This document shows positions 46,189-56,339 of a stretch of DNA of 64,000 nt, piece after piece (the stretch's first letter is position 1; each line of letters begins with the position of its first letter). This stretch comes from an uncultured Clostridia bacterium. Lineage in GTDB: Bacteria; Bacillota; Clostridia; Saccharofermentanales; Saccharofermentanaceae. The translations under genes were made by a program, and so were the position numbers. The notes beneath the pieces are model-generated. The model was given only the letters and a program-made list of their open reading frames with translations, had not been told where the DNA came from and searched no databases. The stretch is taken from contig CAMODL010000001.1 in NCBI GenBank assembly GCA_946611435.1, forward strand, positions 80,818 to 144,817. Reading direction: 5' to 3'.

Positions 46189-48186
46189 TTATTTAAGGAT
46201 ACCGTACTCGGCACAGATGCCTGCCCACTCGGCAGATCCGGCAAAGCCCTGGAATACGGCCTCACGGGACTGACCCGAAGAGAGAGCACTCATCCAGTTA
46301 TTGTAACCGCCCTGATCGGGTTCACGGCCCATAAACGTGCGGTAGAGCCTTGTAACGTACTCGGAATCAGAATGCCCGGCATTGATAAACTCTGCCGAGA
46401 AGAAGAAACCGTGCGCGGCTTCAGATCCCGAGATCTGCATATTTGCAAGAGCTGACGCCCAGTTGTTGAGTCCGTTCGTATCGGGGTTCCTTCCGAGACA
46501 AGTCGTATAGAGTCTCTTCGCGAAAGCGACAACATCAGCAGAAGGCTGGATCACGATATTAGGCGGACAGTTAGTGCCTGATGCAATCCCGTATGTAAGA
46601 CACAGATTAGCCCACTCTGTCGAGTTGATAAATCCGTCGATGACCTGCTTCTTTGTCCAGCCCTGATTGAGCAGACCCTGCCAGTAGGACTTCTGGGAGT
46701 CGGCTGCACGGTTGAAGAAAGTCATATAGAGGACATCGAGGAAAGCCGAGTCGCTCATATTCTTGCCGAGGAACTCATCGGAGAAGAGGAAACCTCTTGC
46801 AAGATCGGCGCCCGTATATCCCTGTGTGCGAACGCGGTTCACCCAGTCAGCTTTTCCATAAGGATCGGAAGCGCGACCAAGGGCTACTGTGTAAAGTCTC
46901 TCGATAAAGTCGGCAACGCCCGGATTTGAACTTGACGACGAGGAAGACCCGGAAGATGACGGCCTCGGTGTGGGAGTAGCAGTTGCTCTCGATCCGCCCG
47001 GCGTAGTCGGCTTGGGTGTTACTGTCGCACTGGGTCTTCTTGTAGGTGTTGCATTGCCTGAGGACGGTTTTGTCGTAGGAGTAGCCGTCGCAGGCTTAGT
47101 CGTAGGTGTGGCACCGCCTGAAGACGGCTTGGTAGTCGGAGTTGCCGTAGCGGGAGCAAGACCGTTTACGTAAGAAACTCTCTTGGAGAAACCGATCCAC
47201 TTACCGGAGTCGTATCCGGTAGCATTGGCGGGTACGGTGAAGTTGGTTGTAAGCTTAAAGGAATTCTTGTTTTGGGCGCCTCTGTCATATGAGATAGTCG
47301 GTGCTGTAGTCGCAAGGATAGTAGCATTTTTTACGCCCGATGAATTGAATGCGGCTTCTCCGATCGTCTTGATCGTGGCAGGAAGTCGGATCTCAGTCAG
47401 GCTGCTGCAATTCTCAAAGGCATGTGAGCCGATCGTTGTAAGTGCCGGCGGGAATGATACATTCGTCAGAGCAGAGCACTGCTTGAATGTGATATCAGGG
47501 ATAGTCGTGAGTCTGGAACACATGCTCATGTCAACTGTCTTAAGCGATGTACACTGTTCGAATACTCCTGTTACTCCGGATCCGAGAGACGTGAGAGATG
47601 AGGACAAAGAGATACTCGTAAGAGCGCTGCACTGAAGGAAGGCTGAAAAGCCGATCTCCGTGACAGAGCTCGGGATATTGATGGAGTTGAGCTTGCCGCA
47701 TCTTACGAATGCGCTGCTTCCGATCTTCTTAAGACCCTCGGGAAGTGTAACTGTAGTAAGACTTGTACAGTCAGCGAAAGCATCGTTCTCGATGGTCGTA
47801 CATACGCTTCCGCTCTTGAAGGAGACCTTCGTTATTCCTGTGCAGGAATCAAATGCATGAGATTCGATGGTCTGAACATTCTTACCGATCGTTATTGATG
47901 TGATCTTAGTGTAGTCATTCGGATTGGTGGGATCGTAGAAGGCCGAGTTGTTGATCTTCCAGACCTTATATGTCTGTCCCTTATATGTGATGCTGTCAGG
48001 GATCGTGACTGCACCCGAGACGCCTGTCTTCCACTTATCAAGGCTCGCACCGCTTGATGATATCTGATAGGTGTTTCCGTCAGTTCCGGTGACGACTTCG
48101 GCATTGATCCTGACCGCTGTGAACGGTACGAAGAAAGTAAGCAGCATCGTTGCGATCAGAATAAGGATTCCACTGTGTTTTCTCAT
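46189..48186 (-). CDS. Secreted BspA-type leucine-rich-repeat protein with a Pro/Thr-rich linker and two C-terminal DUF4214 domains (paralog 1)
   Basis: It has a signal peptide. The LRR_5-like repeats include IGSSAFVRCGKLNSINIPSSVTEIGFSAFLQCSALTSISL. The linker reads ATPTTKPSSG.... Two DUF4214-like modules are present (DFIERLYTVALGRASDPYGKADWVNRV and FAKRLYTTCLGRNPDTNGLNNW). Confidence 0.8.
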   Translation of the reverse strand: MRKHSGILILIATMLLTFFVPFTAVRINAEVVTGTDGNTYQISSSGASLDKWKTGVSGAVTIPDSITYKGQTYKVWKINNSAFYDPTNPNDYTKITSITIGKNVQTIESHAFDSCTGITKVSFKSGSVCTTIENDAFADCTSLTTVTLPEGLKKIGSSAFVRCGKLNSINIPSSVTEIGFSAFLQCSALTSISLSSSLTSLGSGVTGVFEQCTSLKTVDMSMCSRLTTIPDITFKQCSALTNVSFPPALTTIGSHAFENCSSLTEIRLPATIKTIGEAAFNSSGVKNATILATTAPTISYDRGAQNKNSFKLTTNFTVPANATGYDSGKWIGFSKRVSYVNGLAPATATPTTKPSSGGATPTTKPATATPTTKPSSGNATPTRRPSATVTPKPTTPGGSRATATPTPRPSSSGSSSSSSSNPGVADFIERLYTVALGRASDPYGKADWVNRVRTQGYTGADLARGFLFSDEFLGKNMSDSAFLDVLYMTFFNRAADSQKSYWQGLLNQGWTKKQVIDGFINSTEWANLCLTYGIASGTNCPPNIVIQPSADVVAFAKRLYTTCLGRNPDTNGLNNWASALANMQISGSEAAHGFFFSAEFINAGHSDSEYVTRLYRTFMGREPDQGGYNNWMSALSSGQSREAVFQGFAGSAEWAGICAEYGILK

Positions 48187-48279
48187 ACAAAGACCCCCAA
48201 TTGATTAGTCCATCACTAATTCTAATTGGAGGTCGTTTGTTTTTCAATATCCTAAGCCCATTAAACAGGCTACATTCGG

Positions 48280-50775
48280 TTATCTCAGTATTCCGTAATC
48301 GGCACAGATCGCGGCGAATTCCGCCGAACTTGCAAATCCTCTGAATACGTCTTCACGGCTCTGCCCCGAAGCGATAGCTCTCATCCAGGCATCAAAGCCT
48401 CCCTGATCGGGGTCTCGTCCCATGAATGTCCGATAGAGCCTGGTGACAAATTCCGCGTCACTGTACCCGGCATTGATGAACTCTCCCGAGAAGAAGAAGC
48501 CGTGAGCGGCAGCTGAACCCGAGATCCTCATATTGGCTATATCACGGGCCCATGAGTTAAGCCCCGCGGGGTCGGCATCACGACCGAGACAGGTTGTATA
48601 AAGTCTCCTTGCGAATTCGATAACTTCGGCTGAAGGTTCGACTTCGATATTCGGCGGACATGTGGTGCCCGATGCGATTCCGTACGTAAGACAGAGGTTT
48701 GCCCACTCGGTGGAATTGATGAAACCGTCGATGACCTGTTTCTTGGTCCATCCGGCAGACATCAATCCCAGCCAGTTCGATTTCTGGGAATCAGCCGGTC
48801 TGTTAAAGAAGGTCAGATAGAGCGTATCCATGAAGTCGGAATTATTCATATTCTTTCCGAGGAATTCTCCTGAGAAGAGGAAACCTCTGGCCAGATCTGC
48901 TCCGGTATATCCTTCTGTCTTGACGCGGTTAACCCAGTCGTTCTTTCCATAGGGATCGGACGGACGCCCCAGTGCAACCGTATAGAGTCTCTCGACGAAG
49001 TCCGCTACGCCGGGGGCCTGACTGTTCTGCTGAGTACTGCCGGTAGATGGTCCCGGCGTAGGTGTAGAAGTCGGTTTTTGGGTCGCTGTGGGTTTCCTTG
49101 TCGGAGTGGACGTAGGATGCCATGTAGGGGACGGTGTTGCCGTCGCGTGTCTTGTCGGCCTTGAAGTCACAGGTTTAGGCGACGGTGTAGTTGTGGCGCT
49201 TGGTCTGCGACCTGAAGTCGGACTTGGCGACGGGGTACTTGTTGATTGCTGCTGACCTGAGCCCGGTCTCGTCGTCGGAACAGGCGTATTCGACGCCGTA
49301 GGTTTAGGCGTGTTGGACGCCGTAGGTTTAGGTGTGTTTGACGCCGTAGGTTTAGGCGTGTTGGACGCCGTTGGTTTAGGTGTGTTTGACGCCGTTGGTT
49401 TAGGCGTGTTGGACGCCGTCGGTTTAGGCGTATTCGACGCCGTTGGTTTAGGCGTGTTGGACGCCGTTGGCTTAGGCGTATTAGACGCCGTCGGCTTAGG
49501 TGTATTCGACGCCGTAGGTTTAGGCGTGTTGGACGCCGTTGGTTTAGGCGTGTTAGACGCCGTCGGCTTAGGTGTATTCGACGCCGTAGGTTTAGGCGTG
49601 TTGGACGCCGTCGGCTTAGGCGTGTTGGACGCCGTAGGCTTAGGCGTGTTGGACGCCGTCGGCTTAGGTGTGTTGGACGCCGTCGGCTTAGGCGTATTCG
49701 ATACTGTAGGAACAGGGCTTACCGAGGGCGTAGGTGTTGTCGGGAGAAGATCATCACTATAAGTGATCTTTGTATATCTCGACCAGGGGGACTCCGTATA
49801 TCCGCCGGCACCGGTAGGTACGGTGAACCTTATTGAAGTAGCAAATGAGTTATTAGCCGTCTTTGCTCTGTCATAGGTTATGGAAGGTGCAGTCATCGCA
49901 AGGATCGTTACATTCTTAAGACTGCTACATCCGCTGAAAGCAGATTTTCCTATCTGTGCGATAGTGCGGGGGAGTGTAATGTTATTAAGAAGGGAACAAC
50001 CATGGAAAGCATTTATACCGATCGTTACGAGTCCTTCGGCAAACGTAACTGTCGTAAGAGCAGTACAGCCGGAGAAAGTGTTTTCAGGTATCGACGTGAG
50101 AGAAGTACATCTGCTCATATCAACAGTCTTAAGTGACGTGCACTGCTCAAAGACACCTGTGGTAAGAAATCCAAGTGTTGTCAGAGATGCAGGAAGTGTG
50201 ACAGACGCAAGTGATGAACACTGAAGGAATGCGGAATAGCCGATCTCAGTTACGGAGTCGGGGATATTAATGGTAGTCAGGCTGCTGCACTGAAGGAACG
50301 CGCTGCTACCGATAGTCTGGAGTCCTGAAGGAAGCTGTACCGTTGTAAGAGCCGAACACTCTGCGAAAGCATCATTCTCGATCGTCTTACATACACTGCC
50401 GGACTTAAAGCTGACGCTCTTAAGTCCCTTACAGGAATCGAATGCTCTTGACTCGATCGTTTGAACGTTCTTACCGATCGTTACAGACGTTATGCCGATA
50501 TACTCATCAGGGATCGTGGGATTATAGAAAGCCGCGTTGTTGATCTTCCAGACATTATATCTCTGGCCGTTGTAGGTGATCGTATCGGGGATCGTGATAG
50601 CACCGGAATTGCCGGCGTTCCATTTATCCAGACTGGCTCCGTTAGCGGATATCTGATATTGATTGCCGTCAGGTCCGACTATGACCTCGGCATTTATTCT
50701 GACAGATGTGAACGGAAAGATGATCGTTAGGATAAGTGAAGTCAGCAACAAAAGTATTCCGCGGTGTTTCCTCAT
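48280..50775 (-). CDS. Secreted BspA-type LRR protein with a TASNTPKP tandem-repeat linker and two DUF4214 domains (paralog 2)
   Basis: Same architecture as paralog 1, and the N-terminal LRR region is clearly homologous to it. I prefer the ATG at 50775 (MRKHRGILLL) after GGGGGGA over the ORF-track start at 50808. Confidence 0.8.
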   Translation of the reverse strand: MRKHRGILLLLTSLILTIIFPFTSVRINAEVIVGPDGNQYQISANGASLDKWNAGNSGAITIPDTITYNGQRYNVWKINNAAFYNPTIPDEYIGITSVTIGKNVQTIESRAFDSCKGLKSVSFKSGSVCKTIENDAFAECSALTTVQLPSGLQTIGSSAFLQCSSLTTINIPDSVTEIGYSAFLQCSSLASVTLPASLTTLGFLTTGVFEQCTSLKTVDMSRCTSLTSIPENTFSGCTALTTVTFAEGLVTIGINAFHGCSLLNNITLPRTIAQIGKSAFSGCSSLKNVTILAMTAPSITYDRAKTANNSFATSIRFTVPTGAGGYTESPWSRYTKITYSDDLLPTTPTPSVSPVPTVSNTPKPTASNTPKPTASNTPKPTASNTPKPTASNTPKPTASNTPKPTASNTPKPTASNTPKPTASNTPKPTASNTPKPTASNTPKPTASNTPKPTASNTPKPTASNTPKPTASNTPKPTASNTPKPTASNTPKPTASNTPVPTTRPGSGQQQSTSTPSPSPTSGRRPSATTTPSPKPVTSRPTRHATATPSPTWHPTSTPTRKPTATQKPTSTPTPGPSTGSTQQNSQAPGVADFVERLYTVALGRPSDPYGKNDWVNRVKTEGYTGADLARGFLFSGEFLGKNMNNSDFMDTLYLTFFNRPADSQKSNWLGLMSAGWTKKQVIDGFINSTEWANLCLTYGIASGTTCPPNIEVEPSAEVIEFARRLYTTCLGRDADPAGLNSWARDIANMRISGSAAAHGFFFSGEFINAGYSDAEFVTRLYRTFMGRDPDQGGFDAWMRAIASGQSREDVFRGFASSAEFAAICADYGILR
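49283..49710 (-). repeat. Coding tandem repeat, 24-bp unit, about 17-18 copies, encoding (TASNTPKP)n
   Basis: The plus strand reads GACGCCGTNGGYTTAGGYGTRTTN repeatedly. Units differ only at five positions. Confidence 0.9.
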
Positions 50776-50960
50776 TATTAGTTCCCCCCAAATGACAGTC
50801 CGTTTCATATTCTACGGTATAGGGCAGTGCTATTTCTACAAGGAATATTTGATATTAACGTTACAAAATTGTTTTCGAGGAGAAGTTAAACCGGCGGAAT
50901 TACCGACAGTGTTACCGGGGCTATCGATAAGGGCGTATGGAAGTGCCCTCAAAACAGCAA

Positions 50961-50993
50961 AATAAAACCCCGCGAGCTTAAGTCCCGCGGGGC
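50961..50993 (-). terminator. Terminator after the third LRR-DUF4214 gene
   Basis: On the minus strand: CCCCGCGGGACTTAAGCTCGCGGGG followed by TTTTATTTT. Confidence 0.8.
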
Positions 50994-51016
50994 CACTGAA
51001 CATCAGTTAAGAGTGA

Positions 51017-52318
51017 TCATCTCAGGATCCCGTAGTCTTTGCAGATCAGATTGAATTCGACGGAATTCGCGAAGCCGTAGAAGACGTCTTCACGTGTAGC
51101 GCCGTCAGCGAGTCTGCCTACCCAGTCGTTAAATCCTGCAGTATCGGGAGTCCTGCCCAGGAATGTCCTGTAGAGCCTTGTGACGAATTCTCCGTCAGAA
51201 TAGTGTGCGTCCAGGAACTCGGGACTGAAGAAGAATCCGCGAGCGACCTCCGTACCTGTTACCGTCTGCGATCTGAGCTTATTCGCCCAGTCAGCGAGTC
51301 CGTTCGCATCAGGCGTCCTTCCGAGACATGTCGAATAGAGACGTGCTGCAAAAGCCGTTATCTTGTCACTGCTACCATCAGAAGAGATCTGATCTCTTCC
51401 TGACTCGATACCGTAGGAGGCACAGAGGGCCGCCCACTCATCGGAGCCGATAAAGCCGTTGATGACGTCCTGCTTTGTCCAGCCGTCAGCCATCCTGCCT
51501 GTCCAGTCATCCTTGCCGTCTTTATCTGCTTCACGGTCGAAAAATGTTCTGTAAAGGATATCAAGGAAGTCTGAAGTCTCGAGGTTCTTATCGAGGAATT
51601 CGGGGGAGAAGAGGAAGCCGTGTGCAAGATCTGCACCTGTGTACCCCTGCTTCTCGGCTCTGTCGACCCAGTCTGCCTTGCCGAGCGGATCGGAAGGGCG
51701 GCCAAGGGCTACCGTATAGAGTCTCTCGACAAAGTCTGCTACTGTACCTGTTACCTCGGGCTTGGTCGTATCATCGCCCTCTGAAGGATCTGTCGGATCC
51801 GTAGCGGGATCCGTAGTGTCGTCACCCTCTGAAGCAGCGGGTACGACATTAACTGCGGCCCAGGCTTCTGCATCGTATCCGGTCGACTCGGCAGGTACAT
51901 TTACCGTGGCGGATTCATTAAAGACATCAGTTCCGATCGAGGGGGCCGCGGAAGACTGCATATTCACCGTCGTAAGATTCTCGCCTGCGAGAGCTCCGTC
52001 ACCTATGCTCGCGATCGTTGCGGGGATCGTGATCGTCTTAAGTGTGGAGATGCCCGAGAAGACGTTGTCGCCTATTCCGATAACATCATATGTCTCGGTC
52101 CCGTCGGTCGCGGTCTCGGAGAGCGTGATCTCCTCGGAAGTGTCGGCGGGATCCCAGCCTGTCAGAATAACGGCTGAGGCGTCATCCGTAAGAGTATAAG
52201 TCGCATTGCCATCCGTAAACTCGGAGGGTTCAGCCAGTGTCTTAAGAGAGGCACCGGGGGCAAGAGCGACTGCGATTGCTATGGCAGCGGTTGCTGCCGC
52301 GATCAATGCTTTTCTCAT
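51017..52318 (-). CDS. Secreted short-LRR protein with an acidic linker and two DUF4214 domains (paralog 3)
   Basis: It has a signal peptide and a short LRR_5-like N-terminal region. The linker is EGDDTTDPATDPTDPSEGDDTTKPE. The two DUF4214 modules are homologous to those of paralogs 1 and 2. Confidence 0.8.
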   Translation of the reverse strand: MRKALIAAATAAIAIAVALAPGASLKTLAEPSEFTDGNATYTLTDDASAVILTGWDPADTSEEITLSETATDGTETYDVIGIGDNVFSGISTLKTITIPATIASIGDGALAGENLTTVNMQSSAAPSIGTDVFNESATVNVPAESTGYDAEAWAAVNVVPAASEGDDTTDPATDPTDPSEGDDTTKPEVTGTVADFVERLYTVALGRPSDPLGKADWVDRAEKQGYTGADLAHGFLFSPEFLDKNLETSDFLDILYRTFFDREADKDGKDDWTGRMADGWTKQDVINGFIGSDEWAALCASYGIESGRDQISSDGSSDKITAFAARLYSTCLGRTPDANGLADWANKLRSQTVTGTEVARGFFFSPEFLDAHYSDGEFVTRLYRTFLGRTPDTAGFNDWVGRLADGATREDVFYGFANSVEFNLICKDYGILR

Positions 52319-52399
52319 GTTTTTTCCTCCATTATCTTTGATGGTTCCTCTATTCTACGAGCAATAATAAATCTTTTCCACCTCAATAGTGTGGCAATT

Positions 52400-54091
52400 T
52401 TAACCCTGAGACTCATATACTATGAAGCTTATGGTCGTGAGCAGTGTATTTCTGGTGCCTCCGACATCGTACAGGTTGATTATGTAGTCTCCTGTACGAA
52501 GACCGTTCGGGTCAGTATATCCGATGAATATGTCATTTGTCGCAGCATAGCCGCTGGTCGACGTTGTCCAGGATGTTCCCAGATACTCCCCTCGATAATA
52601 GATATCGTAGAGGAATGTGATGTCGGGAGATAAACCATCTCTCGTCTTGACATTGATGACGAATCCGTCCATGGTGTTGCAGAAGTCAACAACTTCATCC
52701 CCGTTCAGATCCATATAGAGGACATCGCTGATCTCGCCGGTCTCATTAGTAAAGATGTAAGGTTCATTACTTACCTCGGGAGCCTCGGGAGCAGATTCAT
52801 CTTCGAAAAGCACACACTGCTCCGTTTGATCTCTTAATACCTCTTCGGGAGCACGGCCGTCATCATCGAGTCCTCCGGGGAACTGACCGGGAGTCGGAGT
52901 TGCATCCGACTCATACCAGTCAGGGAATACGCCGAATGTAGCCTGGTATATAGCTGCAGCATCATCTGCACCGAGTCTTCCGTCTTCATAAAGGAGCGTT
53001 ATTGCAGCCCCCAGATATTCCGACGACAGATCAGACGGGACATCCGCGCCGGTTGACAGAGTATTATCAGGCTCTGCGGGGATCAGCTTCAGTTCACCGC
53101 CGTCTCTTACTACAACGACATCCTGTGTAAAGCCGGTCGTTGCTACGGAAGCAACACGGGAACTCACAAAGTCTCTTATCCTGCTGACAACTTCAGGAGT
53201 AATATCTTCACCGTCATAATCCTCACCCGATAGTCCCGTATAGAGTTCATCTGCAAAGATGGCGACCATGAGATCCCTGTCGTTATAGAGTTCAAGCGAG
53301 AGGGTGGTAAGATCAGGTCCGGTGACATCAGCCGTTATCGTGACGGATTCTTCATCGATGCCGGTCGTGGAAAGACTGTAGGACATATTGGCGTAGAAAG
53401 ATTCGACCATCAACCGGTCGAAAGTGTTGATCAGTTGAAGATCTTCATCTTCCGGGAACAGGAGTAACGAAGATGACGCTTCAAGATCTCCGCTCTGCAG
53501 GAGGGCGTAATATGAATTGACGATCTCATACGCTTCTTCTTCCGAGACGGCATTGAATGATACATTCTCGATCAGACCGAGCAGATAGTCTGCGACCGTA
53601 TCGGTTCCCTTGGAAGAGATAAGCCAGTCTTCTTCCTCCATCGTCATCTTGATCTTCAGTTCTTCTGTTATAAGGTTCTTGTCTTTACCGGACAGCGCCT
53701 CAATGATCCCGGCTGCTTCTTCAGCATTGGCAGGACCTTCGTCCATTACCTTCGTGAGATCCACCGTAGACAATTCTATCGTTACGTCTCCCTTGCCTGA
53801 ATCAGATGAGACATCAGAAGCGATGATCTCATATGACGCGCAAGACAGGAGTGACTCAAGAACAGCGGACTTATCATCATTCAGCTCGAGTTCGGTCATA
53901 CCGTCATTGCCTTTAACGTATTTACTGTTCTTGCTGAGCTTACCGGCGATCAGGTTATCCATATATGCCGTGACGGTTGCCTCGGCATCTTCGGCACTTG
54001 TGTCCTTACTGCCCTTTGAGCAGGATGTGACAGGCAATATCAGCATTACGGCTGCCAGTAAAACGGCTGCGGATCGCTTAAGGCTCTTCAT
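52400..54091 (-). CDS. Lipoprotein of unknown function
   Basis: I prefer the ATG at 54091 (MKSLKRSAAVLLAAVMLILPVTSCSKGSK) after GGAGG. The N-terminal domain is paralogous to that of 40342..41541. The gene starts 19 nt downstream of the GH3 gene. Confidence 0.7.
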   Translation of the reverse strand: MKSLKRSAAVLLAAVMLILPVTSCSKGSKDTSAEDAEATVTAYMDNLIAGKLSKNSKYVKGNDGMTELELNDDKSAVLESLLSCASYEIIASDVSSDSGKGDVTIELSTVDLTKVMDEGPANAEEAAGIIEALSGKDKNLITEELKIKMTMEEEDWLISSKGTDTVADYLLGLIENVSFNAVSEEEAYEIVNSYYALLQSGDLEASSSLLLFPEDEDLQLINTFDRLMVESFYANMSYSLSTTGIDEESVTITADVTGPDLTTLSLELYNDRDLMVAIFADELYTGLSGEDYDGEDITPEVVSRIRDFVSSRVASVATTGFTQDVVVVRDGGELKLIPAEPDNTLSTGADVPSDLSSEYLGAAITLLYEDGRLGADDAAAIYQATFGVFPDWYESDATPTPGQFPGGLDDDGRAPEEVLRDQTEQCVLFEDESAPEAPEVSNEPYIFTNETGEISDVLYMDLNGDEVVDFCNTMDGFVINVKTRDGLSPDITFLYDIYYRGEYLGTSWTTSTSGYAATNDIFIGYTDPNGLRTGDYIINLYDVGGTRNTLLTTISFIVYESQG

Positions 54092-54110
54092 AAAGACCTC
54101 CGTTCTGTGA

Positions 54111-56156
54111 TCAGTTCTGAGCGGTAGCGGATACGGTCGCGCTGTATCCGACATCGTGCCATACCTCGCTTGATCCTATCTGTCCTTCGGAGGAGTAGTA
54201 AGGCATAGGAAGTGTTCCGCCTGCCTCAGCTGCGCCTGTCAGGACGTCTGCTACGGCGTTACCGCCCTCTGTGCCGGGCAGGTAACACATGATTACCGTT
54301 GCCCAGTCATCAATATAGTTGGAGATGAGGACATTACGTCCTGCAACGATAAGTGTGATCGTGGGAATATCTGCTTCCTCGGCCAGAGCAATTGCTTCTG
54401 CATTGCCGGGCAGAGCGAGGTCACCGGTGATAGAGAGATTCTCCGCATCGCCGTACCACTCAGCATAAGGCATCTCGCCTACACAAAGGAGAACTACGTC
54501 ACATGTGTCTATCTCATCGGCATCCGTTACTATCTCGAAGCCGATCTCGTCGGCAGCATCCTCAAGAGCTTCAAGGATCGTATTGCCGGATCTCCACTCC
54601 ATGCCTGCTTCTTCATCTGACATACCCTGCCAGTTGTTTGTCCAACCGCCGCAGAGAACACCCATATCGTCAGCCGCAGGACCTGTAACGAATACACGCA
54701 TTCCCTCTGTCAGCTCCATGGGACCGTCGTCCTTCAGTACTACAAAAGACTCGGCTGCAGCCTGTCTCGCGATCTCGTGGGAATAGTCGGAATTCCAGTC
54801 GTAGGCCGGCTCTCTGTTCTGGAAATAAGGATCTTCGAAAAGCCCTGCTGCGATCTTAACCCTGAGTATGCGTGTAACGGCATCATCGATCCTCTCTTCG
54901 GAGATCTTACCGTCGTTTACGGCCTGAACGATGATATCTCTTGCTTCGTCAAATCCGGCGGGCTCCATGAGCATATCGCATCCTGCATTGATGCAGAGGA
55001 TGATATTGTCTGCATATGTCTCGCCGGAACAGTTATGGAGAGACTCCCAGTCGGTGATGATCATTCCTTCGAAGCCCATCTCATTCTTAAGCTTCATCAG
55101 GTACTCTTCATTCTCATGCATCTTAAGACCATTGAGGGAGGAGTGAGAAGGCATAATGACCTGTACGCCTTCGTCTATCAGTGCCTGATAGACGTCAAGT
55201 CTTGCCTGTATCTCTTCTTCGCTCAGCTGAGCATCACCTCTGTCTATGAGGTAGTCTCCCTCGCCTGTACCGAAAACAACGTCACCGTCACCGAAATAGT
55301 GCTTAGCGCAGACGATGACTCCCTGTGAGAGCATACCCTGTGTATATGCTACCGACATGTCGGTAACTCTTCCGAGATCGGACGAATAGGACTCATATGT
55401 GCGTCCCCACCTGGGATCCTGAGCATCGGCTACGCAAGGTGAGAAGTTCATTATCATTCCCGTATGGAGCATATCGCTTCCGGTGACAACACCTATCTCA
55501 TAAGCGAGTTCCGGATCATTCGCGGCTCCGATATTGATGTTGTGAGGGAAGATGACACAGGCGTCTGCCGTGTTGATACCGTGGACTGAATCCTGACCGT
55601 ATATATATGGTATACCGGCGTCTGATGAAATAGCCGCTGCCTGAAGGTTATTGACTGTCTCAAGCCACTTGACGTCGTTCGGGAAGGGGAAGGCGTCGAA
55701 TCTTCCGAGTACCGATCCGTAGCAGGCATTGAGCATATCATAATCGGATATCTCGTATACCCCGGGTTCGACCATCTGCGCCGCCTTCTCTTCAAGAGTC
55801 AGCATGCTGCAGATCTCTTCAGCCGAGAGCCCCTCGTACTCGGAACGAAGTGCCGGGAACGGATCCGGAGTCGGAGTAGGTGTATTGGTAGGCTTTGGAG
55901 TATTAGTCGGGATCGGGGTCTCCGTAGGAGCCTCTGTCTCAGTCGGTTCTGTCAGTTCCGTAGTCTCGGTTGCATCTGTCTCGACCGAAACATCTGTTGC
56001 GACTGTCTCTTCGTCCGTCTCGTCTGCTACGGCATCTGCCAGATCATCAAGACCTTCCTGAAGCTGGTCCTGGTCGATCGAACATGCCGATAAGAAAAAA
56101 GTTGCTGCAACAGTCATTGCGACAACCCTCTTGAGCTTAGTGTCAAATCTATGCAT
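54111..56156 (-). CDS. GH3 beta-glucosidase-like glycoside hydrolase, lipoprotein
   Basis: Lipobox FFLSACSID followed by a TEP-rich linker. The GH3 motifs are DPRWGRTYESYS and ITDWESL. Confidence 0.85.
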   Translation of the reverse strand: MHRFDTKLKRVVAMTVAATFFLSACSIDQDQLQEGLDDLADAVADETDEETVATDVSVETDATETTELTEPTETEAPTETPIPTNTPKPTNTPTPTPDPFPALRSEYEGLSAEEICSMLTLEEKAAQMVEPGVYEISDYDMLNACYGSVLGRFDAFPFPNDVKWLETVNNLQAAAISSDAGIPYIYGQDSVHGINTADACVIFPHNINIGAANDPELAYEIGVVTGSDMLHTGMIMNFSPCVADAQDPRWGRTYESYSSDLGRVTDMSVAYTQGMLSQGVIVCAKHYFGDGDVVFGTGEGDYLIDRGDAQLSEEEIQARLDVYQALIDEGVQVIMPSHSSLNGLKMHENEEYLMKLKNEMGFEGMIITDWESLHNCSGETYADNIILCINAGCDMLMEPAGFDEARDIIVQAVNDGKISEERIDDAVTRILRVKIAAGLFEDPYFQNREPAYDWNSDYSHEIARQAAAESFVVLKDDGPMELTEGMRVFVTGPAADDMGVLCGGWTNNWQGMSDEEAGMEWRSGNTILEALEDAADEIGFEIVTDADEIDTCDVVLLCVGEMPYAEWYGDAENLSITGDLALPGNAEAIALAEEADIPTITLIVAGRNVLISNYIDDWATVIMCYLPGTEGGNAVADVLTGAAEAGGTLPMPYYSSEGQIGSSEVWHDVGYSATVSATAQN

Positions 56157-56339
56157 TAGTATCTCCCCCTTGGTTCAATTACTAACCAAGATTATACAGG
56201 CTGACGGCAAATAAGTCACCCGTGCATATATACGCGCGGGTATAAACACATATTTACCGCCGGTTGAGCTCGGGTGTAAAATAACATTTGTTTCAAGAAC
56301 GGGCGACGCGCTTAGCCGATCGCTTTCGGGAGGAGAATA

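Noticed and set aside
49310-49762. Plus-strand ORF encoding (DAVGLGV)n
   Set aside because: It is a mirror image of the minus-strand TASNTPKP coding repeat. The minus-strand frame is continuous with the LRR and DUF4214 domains, so this is a repeat-generated artefact.
56169-56190. Perfect 7-bp inverted repeat CTTGGTT-N8-AACCAAG just upstream of the GH3 gene SD
   Set aside because: It is short and single-copy with no second site. It could be an operator or a 5'-UTR hairpin, but the evidence is too thin to call.
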